DNA of 64,000 nucleotides from Methyloligellaceae bacterium (GTDB lineage Bacteria; Pseudomonadota; Alphaproteobacteria; Rhizobiales; CBDHHC01): NCBI GenBank assembly GCA_965263345.1, contig CBDHHC010000021.1, positions 4,182 to 68,181 of the forward strand, read 5' to 3'. Shown piece by piece: positions 57,379 to 64,000 of this stretch (position 1 is its first letter; each line of letters starts with the position of its first letter). The notes under the pieces were generated by a model. It saw only the letters and a program-made list of their open reading frames with translations, ran no database searches and was not told where the DNA came from. The position numbers and the translations under genes were made by a program.

Positions 57379-57608
57379 TCATTGATCAGAGACATTTCAT
57401 ATAAAAAGGTTTGTCGTTAATGGCAAGCCTTTTAAAGATTTTTAATGCAGTTTTTTTCAAAAAAATTTAAAACCACACAGCTTTAAGCACGTTTCCTGAG
57501 ATTATTTCCTTATTAAGAGCACTTTATATAAGCGTATTGTGATTAGCAGAAGCTTCTGTTATTGTCCCACAAATCTCACCTTAATATATGTATTTGAAGA
57601 GAATTTCA

Positions 57609-58812
57609 ATGATTCCACGTTATAGCCGGAACCAAATGACAGAAATTTGGTCTCCACAATCAAAGTTCCGTATTTGGTTTGAAATTGAAGCTCATGCTTG
57701 TGATGCTCAAGCTTTATTAGGTATAATTCCTAAAGAAGCTTCTGAAAAAATCTGGGTAGAAGCTGGAAATGCTACATTCAATGTTGACCGAATTGATGAA
57801 ATTGAACGTGAAGTCAAGCATGATGTCATTGCTTTCCTGACGCATTTAGCAGAAATTGTTGGACCTGATGCCCGTTTTGTTCATCAGGGTATGACCTCTT
57901 CTGATATTCTAGATACCTGTTTTAATGTTCAGTTGGTCAAAGCTACTGATATTTTATTGGATGACCTTGAGCAATTGCTGGGAGCACTTAAAAAACGAGC
58001 TTATGAGCATCAGTATACTTTATGTATAGGACGCAGCCATGGAATTCATGCGGAACCTGTCACCTTTGGTTTAAAGTTGGCCCAAGCTTATGCCGAATTT
58101 GATAGATGCAAGGCACGACTTCAAAATGCTCGAGAAGAGATTGCTACTTGTGCTATATCGGGAGCTGTTGGTACTTTTGCCAATATTGACCCTTCTGTTG
58201 AGCAACATGTTGCTTCTAAAATGGGGCTTTCAATTGAGCCAATCTCTACACAGGTTATTCCGCGTGATCGTCATGCAATGTATTTTGCTACATTAGCGGT
58301 GATAGCAAGTTCAATAGAGCGCCTTGCCACCGAAATCAGGCATTTGCAAAGAACAGAAGTTTTGGAAGCGGAAGAATATTTCTCTGAAGGACAAAAGGGA
58401 TCTTCTGCAATGCCTCATAAACGTAATCCAGTTCTTACTGAAAATCTCACAGGATTAGCACAGAGAGCTTATGGCTATGGAAAACGCTCTTTGGCATGAG
58501 AGAGATATTTCTCATTCCTCAGTTGAACGAATGATGGGCCAGATGCAACTGTGACTTTGGATTTTGCTTTAATGAGATTAACAGGTGTTATTGATAAAGT
58601 GTTTATCCTGAAAATATGCAAAAGAATATGGATCTTAGGTGGGCACATGAGACTTGCACTGATATCTTCTCTACATGTCCAATGCTATGAAAGTCTGGCG
58701 TTGAGATTTCCTCACATTCTTAAAAGAGATCCAGATCTCAAGGACCAAGCCGAGGAAAAGTTTGATGATATCATACGAAACATGTGATACTTTAAGCGAG
58801 TGTTTGGGCAGT
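57609..58812 (+). pseudogene. purB: Adenylosuccinate lyase, 3' third disrupted by several frameshifts and a deletion
   Basis: The gene is intact from MIPRYSRNQMTEIW to HKRNPVLTENLTGLA. After that, conserved segments appear in different frames: ENALWHERDISHSSVERMMG, PDATVTLDFALMRLTGVIDK, VYPENMQKNMDL, YMSNAMKVW and YFKRVFGQ*. Confidence 0.75.
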
Positions 58813-59163
58813 AGAGAATATATTTTTAGATGAAACCCAAGTATTAAAAATAGATATTCTTTGAAATGCTCTAAATATTAAGCTTTGATTCAAAATAAGT
58901 TGCATAGGTTTGGAAGTTCCTTATTCGGCCCATATTTAAAAAAAGATGTTCTTATTTCTTGTATTTGATATGGAAATAATATAAAAAGTAAATAATAATT
59001 ACCAAAAAAATCACAAAGATTATTTAATAAATCACTTTAATTTTAGAGACACATAAGTTCTCATTTCTTGGCCTGATATACATATAAAATTAATTTCATT
59101 ATAATATTAAAAATTATGTTGCAATAAAAAACGGATATTTAAATAAAAGTATATTGGCGTAAA

Positions 59164-60397
59164 ATGGAAGGCGTTATGGAAGTTATAATAATTACTAACA
59201 ATTTTATTAAGACAAACTTTTTTGATGTAAAACCTGAGCTTACTATTAAAGGACAAGCTGTCAAGTTTCTTGTGCAGTTAGCACAAGATGTTCTCCTTCC
59301 TGAAGTTAGAGTTTTTTTAGATAAGTTAGAAAAGTTTAGATATAAAATAAACCAAGCATATATATATAATGACCCGGCAGGATTAGAGGAAAATCTTCTA
59401 AATTCAGGAAGTTCATGGGCATCCCCTTGCGTATTCGTCCTGTCTCAAGCAGGTAATATACATGCTGTAATTGTTGGTTCAATATCACAGAAAAGACTTG
59501 CTTTAAGCGCAAAAATACACTCTCCAAAACTTTGGACCTTTTGTACTGCCCATAGTAATTACCTTTTAGACGAACATTCGGATACGATACAATATGTTTC
59601 AGAATTATTTGAAACCCTTTTAGTTCAAAACTATTTAGATTGCATAGAGTTAGATAGGGTCCATCAAGAAACCGAAGCTTATAAATACCTTAAGAGCCGC
59701 ACTAAATTTATGTATCAATTAGAAATAGATAGAAAAAGACGACAACTGATTGACCCAGAGACTAAGAGCAAAATAGAGCATGGTTGAAAAAAACGCGATA
59801 TAATCAGAGACGCAGTATATTTCATAAACATTTTAAAGATAAAGTGGAAACAAGCTATTGATTCTAGATAAATTTATTGTTGCAGCATAGATAGTAGATC
59901 AAACATATCAACGCGCTATTGGTGTTGGAATACAAAAAGATGATGAAGACTTTAGAAAATTCTTTCACAGATTAGCAAAGTCCTCGACCATGCGTGGATA
60001 TTTGTTATTAGGCGATCAAGAGCCAATAGCATATTGCTATGGTGGTGTTGTTAACGGAGTTTTTGATCTCATGGCAACATCTTTCCTCCCTAAATATTCT
60101 AAGATTGCACCAGGACAGGTTTTAATATTGATGACTTTTGACAAGTTGATTGAGGATAATATTGCAGTGTTTGACTTTGGCTGGGGGGAATCTAACTACA
60201 AAAAAGTGCTTAGCAGCCATAACTCTCATGAGGTAGATATAAAACTCTACAGTAAGAGAATTAAATCTCGTTCAACATATTTTATGCAAAAGCTTTTTAT
60301 ATATCTCAATCACACAATCAGAAAGAAACTTGGGGAAGAAAAAATTGCGGCTCTTCGCAAAAGATTCAGAAAAATTCTTACTAAATCTAATAAATGA
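59164..60397 (+). pseudogene. CelD/BioF2-like GNAT (Acetyltransf_6-type) gene interrupted by frameshifts and stops
   Basis: The 59164..59787 and 59990..60397 ORFs are in different frames. The gap encodes KKTRYNQRRSIFHKHFKDKVE in a third frame, entered at an A7 run (59789..59795). The C-terminal part (FDFGWGESNYKK) is typical of this GNAT subfamily. Confidence 0.5.
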
Positions 60398-60488
60398 TAC
60401 TCTTTCATTTGCAATTGTCTGTATGTATGCCTAATCATTTGTAATGGCCCTACAACAACCGTAGGTTAAAAAAATATGGAAAAGAATA

Positions 60489-61232
60489 ATGCTCGATAAT
60501 ATCATCAATAACTTTTCCTATCTGGATCTAATTGCTATCACCTGGTTTGTTATCTGTTTAATTGGGTACAATTATATCACGTCATCAAAACAACTTTCTA
60601 GCAATAATATTATTAATGCTTTACACACACAAAGATTACTTTGGATGCGTACCATGGCAGAGCGCTCTGTGAGGCTTGTTGATATTCAAATCGTACACGG
60701 CTTCACTCAAGCTAATGGCTTTTTTGCTACAACAACTGTTTTTGTTTTAGGGGGCCTTGCCGCAGTGTTGGGGAGTGGCGAAAGTGCCCGTATGTTTATG
60801 GATAGTTTGCCATTTACAGTGTCGACCAATCTTTTTGTTTGGCAAATCAAAGTGTGCTTACTCATTATTATTTTTGTTATTGCGTTTTTTAAGTTTATTT
60901 GGGCATACAGATTGTCGAATTATAATGCCATTGCAATAGGGGCTACGCCTAACCACGACTCTGCTGATAATGATCTTAAGGAGATTCAACTTAAACTGGC
61001 AGCCCGTCTTTCTAATCTTGCGGCCCGGCATTCTTATGTGGGATTAAGGTGTTATTATTTTGCAATAGCTGCAATCGGCTGGTTTATTCATCCTGTTGTA
61101 TTTATGATTTCGACAACATGGGTAATTCTTGTACTTTATCGCCGTGAATTTTTATCCCGCTCAGCTCATGCGATACATAAAGCCGTACAAGCTTATTTAG
61201 AAAAAACTGACAAAAATGCTTCAGATACTTAG
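60489..61232 (+). CDS. DUF599-family membrane protein
   Basis: 247 aa. The pattern QRLLWMRTMAERSVRLVDIQIV...NGFFATTTVFVLGG matches DUF599. Confidence 0.55.
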   Translation: MLDNIINNFSYLDLIAITWFVICLIGYNYITSSKQLSSNNIINALHTQRLLWMRTMAERSVRLVDIQIVHGFTQANGFFATTTVFVLGGLAAVLGSGESARMFMDSLPFTVSTNLFVWQIKVCLLIIIFVIAFFKFIWAYRLSNYNAIAIGATPNHDSADNDLKEIQLKLAARLSNLAARHSYVGLRCYYFAIAAIGWFIHPVVFMISTTWVILVLYRREFLSRSAHAIHKAVQAYLEKTDKNASDT

Positions 61233-62157
61233 CACCATAGCCCCAATCTTCATAGTTATTATAGTTGGACATTTACTTTGGAGAGCCAGATTATTTGGAG
61301 ATGAAAACTGGACTGCAATTGGAAATATCTGTTATTTTCTGCTATTTCCGTGTCTTTTAGTGAAAACACTTTCAAGTGCAGATTTATTGAGCATTCCAAT
61401 TGCAGGGTTATCGTTTGCAATGGTTGTTACCTTGTTAGTGAGTTCTGCTCTCTTAATTTCTTTTAAAGGTGTTCTTACAAAACGTCTGAATATAAATGAC
61501 GCAGCATTCACAAGTCTCTTCCAAGGAATTACAAGGTGGCATGGTTTTATAGCTCTTGCAATTGCCACTGCATTATATGGAGATTATGGTGTTACTCTGA
61601 TCGCCCTGGCAATTGCTGTGATGGTTCCTATTATTAATATCATTAATGTTGCTGTACTCATAGTTTGGGGTGATAATGACAGCAATATTAAAATTGGTCC
61701 CCAAAGAGTTATATCTGAGATCATTCAAAACCCTTTTATTATCGCCTGTTTTATTGGTGTTATAATTAATATTTCAAGCATAGAACTACCAAAAAGTATA
61801 TATGATGCTATCACTATCATGAGCAGTGGAGCTCTGGGTTTAAGCCTACTCGCAATTGGCGCTGGTTTAAGGATTTCTCAAATCAAAGAAACAAAGTTCG
61901 CAATTTTATTGGCTGTTCTACTAAGATTGTTAGGTATGCCTATTATAATGTTTGTACTAACAAGTCTTGTTGGAATTAATGGGGTGGACCAAACTGTTGC
62001 AATTATTGCAGCTGCAGTTCCAACAGCAGCTTCATCTTATATTCTTGCTCAAAAGTTAGGAGGTGATCAGTCATTAATGGCAAATATCATTACCCTACAA
62101 GTTATTATTGCGGCAATAACTCTTCCTTTAGCTATCGTGTTAGCGGAGAAATTTTAA
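61216..62157 (+). CDS. AEC (auxin efflux carrier) family transporter
   Basis: 313 aa with about 10 TM helices and an MdcF/AEC-like two-half architecture. Confidence 0.7.
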   Translation: MLQILSTIAPIFIVIIVGHLLWRARLFGDENWTAIGNICYFLLFPCLLVKTLSSADLLSIPIAGLSFAMVVTLLVSSALLISFKGVLTKRLNINDAAFTSLFQGITRWHGFIALAIATALYGDYGVTLIALAIAVMVPIINIINVAVLIVWGDNDSNIKIGPQRVISEIIQNPFIIACFIGVIINISSIELPKSIYDAITIMSSGALGLSLLAIGAGLRISQIKETKFAILLAVLLRLLGMPIIMFVLTSLVGINGVDQTVAIIAAAVPTAASSYILAQKLGGDQSLMANIITLQVIIAAITLPLAIVLAEKF

Positions 62158-62906
62158 TTAAATGAAATTATCTGCTTTATGATTAGCCAAAGCCCAGCAA
62201 CACCGGATAACAGAAGTATGATATTATTAAATAGTTTTTGCGGAAGCCATTGGACCAGGCGTTTGCCATAAAAAGCACCAATAAACACAAGAGGAACGGT
62301 CACAGCATAATGGCTCAGATAGTAAACTTTAAATATATCAAGTGCAAAATAAAGTGGGAGTTTAATTGTATTGACTATGATAAAAAAGAGTGCTGTCGTT
62401 GCTACGAAAGTTTCTTTTTTCAAATCCAATAACAAAAAATAGACCGAAATTACAGGTCCCGCAATATTTCCAATTGTGGTCGTGAAACCAGCCAAAATCC
62501 CAGAACTATTCCTTACCCAGAACATATGCTTCATAGCAAAGGGTGTGATTTGCTCACGGAAATATCCAATAATCACAAGAACAATAATACTCACACCGAT
62601 CAACAAGCTCAAAATAGAATTATTGGAATATTGTAATGTTATTCCAGCAAGCATAATTCCAATGATAATTGCTGGCAGCATCAAAAACATTTTCCGATAG
62701 TCTGCATTACGATGATGCACACACATTGCAGCTATATCGCCAGCAATTAAATATAGCAATGCAAGACCAATTGCATCTCTTGCTGGATACGCAAATAGCA
62801 AGAGAATTGTTGTAAGCATACCAAGAGCAGGTAATCCGGCTTTAACAAACCCAACACCAAGAGCAATAAAAACAAGAAATGGTAGGGTAGAGAGATCTAT
62901 CGACAT
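62154..62906 (-). CDS. TauE/SafE-family anion exporter
   Basis: 250 aa, polytopic, with the two-repeat membrane architecture typical of TauE/SafE. Confidence 0.6.
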   Translation of the reverse strand: MSIDLSTLPFLVFIALGVGFVKAGLPALGMLTTILLLFAYPARDAIGLALLYLIAGDIAAMCVHHRNADYRKMFLMLPAIIIGIMLAGITLQYSNNSILSLLIGVSIIVLVIIGYFREQITPFAMKHMFWVRNSSGILAGFTTTIGNIAGPVISVYFLLLDLKKETFVATTALFFIIVNTIKLPLYFALDIFKVYYLSHYAVTVPLVFIGAFYGKRLVQWLPQKLFNNIILLLSGVAGLWLIIKQIISFN

Positions 62907-63176
62907 TTTTCTTTTTTACTTGGTCAAATAAGTCAGCATACTCTCAAAAGAATTTTGCTGACATATATTAGCTTATATTTCGACTAAACACTATTTTTGC
63001 TCATTTATCAAAAACTAAATAGTTAATTTAAACTCAGACTCTTTTGTCTCCTTATCGTCACTATTCATCAGAGTTCTGTAGTTTTTTCGCTGTAAACTCA
63101 TAAAATAATACTTATTTTTCATTTCTCAGCTTCTAAATTTTATGTCAGTATGCATAAAAATTTAAAAGGTAACATT

Positions 63177-64000
63177 ATGGATAAACCTATGAAAAAACTT
63201 ACCAGTTTATTTTTATTACTTTTGTTACTTGCTGGATGCGAGCAAGAAAATGTGCAAACAGTCAAAGAAGTTGTTCGCCCAATTGCCTGGGTTCAGGTTG
63301 AAGCGTATAACCTCGCCCAGGTACGGCGTCTATCTGGTGTTTTACAACCAGTGGAATCCGCGGACCTGAGTTTTGAAGTCAATGGTAAAGTACAAGATGT
63401 TCTCGTAAAACTTGGTGACCGTGTTAAAAAGGGTGATATATTAGCCCGTCTTGATACTGAGAGTTTTAAACTGAATGTTAATGCATCAAAAGGACAGCTG
63501 CAAGAAGCACAAGCTGGTCTCGTCGATGCGCAAAATAAATTTAGCCGCCAAAAACAACTCTATGAAAAAGGGTGGGTTGCCAAAGCATCCTTCGACAATG
63601 CAAAAGCTAGTCTTGATACAGCACGAAGCGCGGTTAATGTTGCAAAAGCAAGATTAGAGCTTAGTCAAAAAAGCCAGGGAGATACAATTTTAAAAGCTCC
63701 TTATCATGGCACTATTACAAGAAGAAACATAGAGCCTTCCCAGCAGATTACTGCCAATCAAATTGCGTTTCAGATTGAAGGAGAACAAGGCCTAGAACTC
63801 TCAATTACAGTTCCAGAAACAATTATCGATAAAGTAGAAAAAGGACAGTCATTTTCGGTATCATTTCCTGCTGTCACAGGTTTATCTATGAATGCCCAAG
63901 TCTTCGAAGTTGGTTCTCAAGCGAATAGAGCCAATACGTTTCCAGTCGTTTTGCAATTGGAAAAACAAAATGATGCCTTAAGAGCTGGTATGACAGCTGA
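63177..64000 (+). CDS. Efflux transporter periplasmic adaptor subunit (RND/MFP, HlyD-like), 3'-partial at window edge
   Basis: My own translation from the ATG at 63177 gives MDKPMKKLTSLFLLLLLLAGCEQ (lipobox). It continues with a lipoyl-like segment (ADLSFEVNGKVQDVLVKLGDRVKKGDILARLD), a coiled coil and a beta-barrel. This ORF is not in the ORF track because it runs off the window. Confidence 0.75.
   Translation, partial: MDKPMKKLTSLFLLLLLLAGCEQENVQTVKEVVRPIAWVQVEAYNLAQVRRLSGVLQPVESADLSFEVNGKVQDVLVKLGDRVKKGDILARLDTESFKLNVNASKGQLQEAQAGLVDAQNKFSRQKQLYEKGWVAKASFDNAKASLDTARSAVNVAKARLELSQKSQGDTILKAPYHGTITRRNIEPSQQITANQIAFQIEGEQGLELSITVPETIIDKVEKGQSFSVSFPAVTGLSMNAQVFEVGSQANRANTFPVVLQLEKQNDALRAGMTA

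Overview
AT-rich bacterial chromosomal window. The gene families present (DUF2160-type glycerol ABC transporter, DUF1036, a tandem cold-shock-domain protein, PGGGR Cys-rich repeat protein) suggest an alphaproteobacterium, but this is inference only.

**1..18.4 kb, accessory region**
- HigBA and Phd/VapC toxin-antitoxin pairs.
- A type II secretion system split into two divergent operons: gspL-M-C/N-D-K on the minus strand and gspE-F-H-I-J on the plus strand. No gspG or gspO is visible.
- A decayed SpvB/FG-GAP/RHS polymorphic-toxin gene directly follows the T2SS. Its 3' module is still open: RHS core end, PT-TG, a Hint domain with Cys...His-Asn/Cys junctions, and an unclassified basic tip of about 94 aa. 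A putative immunity gene overlaps its stop codon.
- A cluster of REP-like hairpin repeats surrounds an intact IS200-like/RAYT (HUH Y1 transposase) gene.

**Rest of the window, mostly housekeeping or catabolic**
- OmpR-type two-component system with two small secreted Cys-rich proteins.
- Glycerol locus: glpR, DUF2160 gene, an ABC transporter with two ATPases, two permeases and a large binding protein, then glpD and glpK.
- TRAP transporter plus LacI regulator plus a four-gene tetronate (L-threonate/D-erythronate type) pathway.
- ccdAB, a DUF1036 gene, a SnoaL-like gene, and sdaA.
- gcvT-gcvP behind a tandem glycine riboswitch, with no gcvH.
- dnaE, a DUF192 gene, the tandem-CSD gene, gloA and tRNA-Glu(UUC).
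- A multiply frameshifted purB, a broken CelD-like GNAT gene, several membrane transporters, and a partial RND adaptor at the right edge.

**Cross-cutting signals**
- At least five families of interspersed repeats occur. One carries a near-consensus sigma70 promoter. One consists of the 3' end of a second, now dead, RAYT-type gene.
- Several clear pseudogenes are present.

The most interesting candidates are the T2SS-adjacent Rhs toxin/immunity module with its unclassified tip, the RAYT/REP system, and the atypical T2SS.

Everything here comes from reading the sequence and the ORF translations by eye. No database search was possible.
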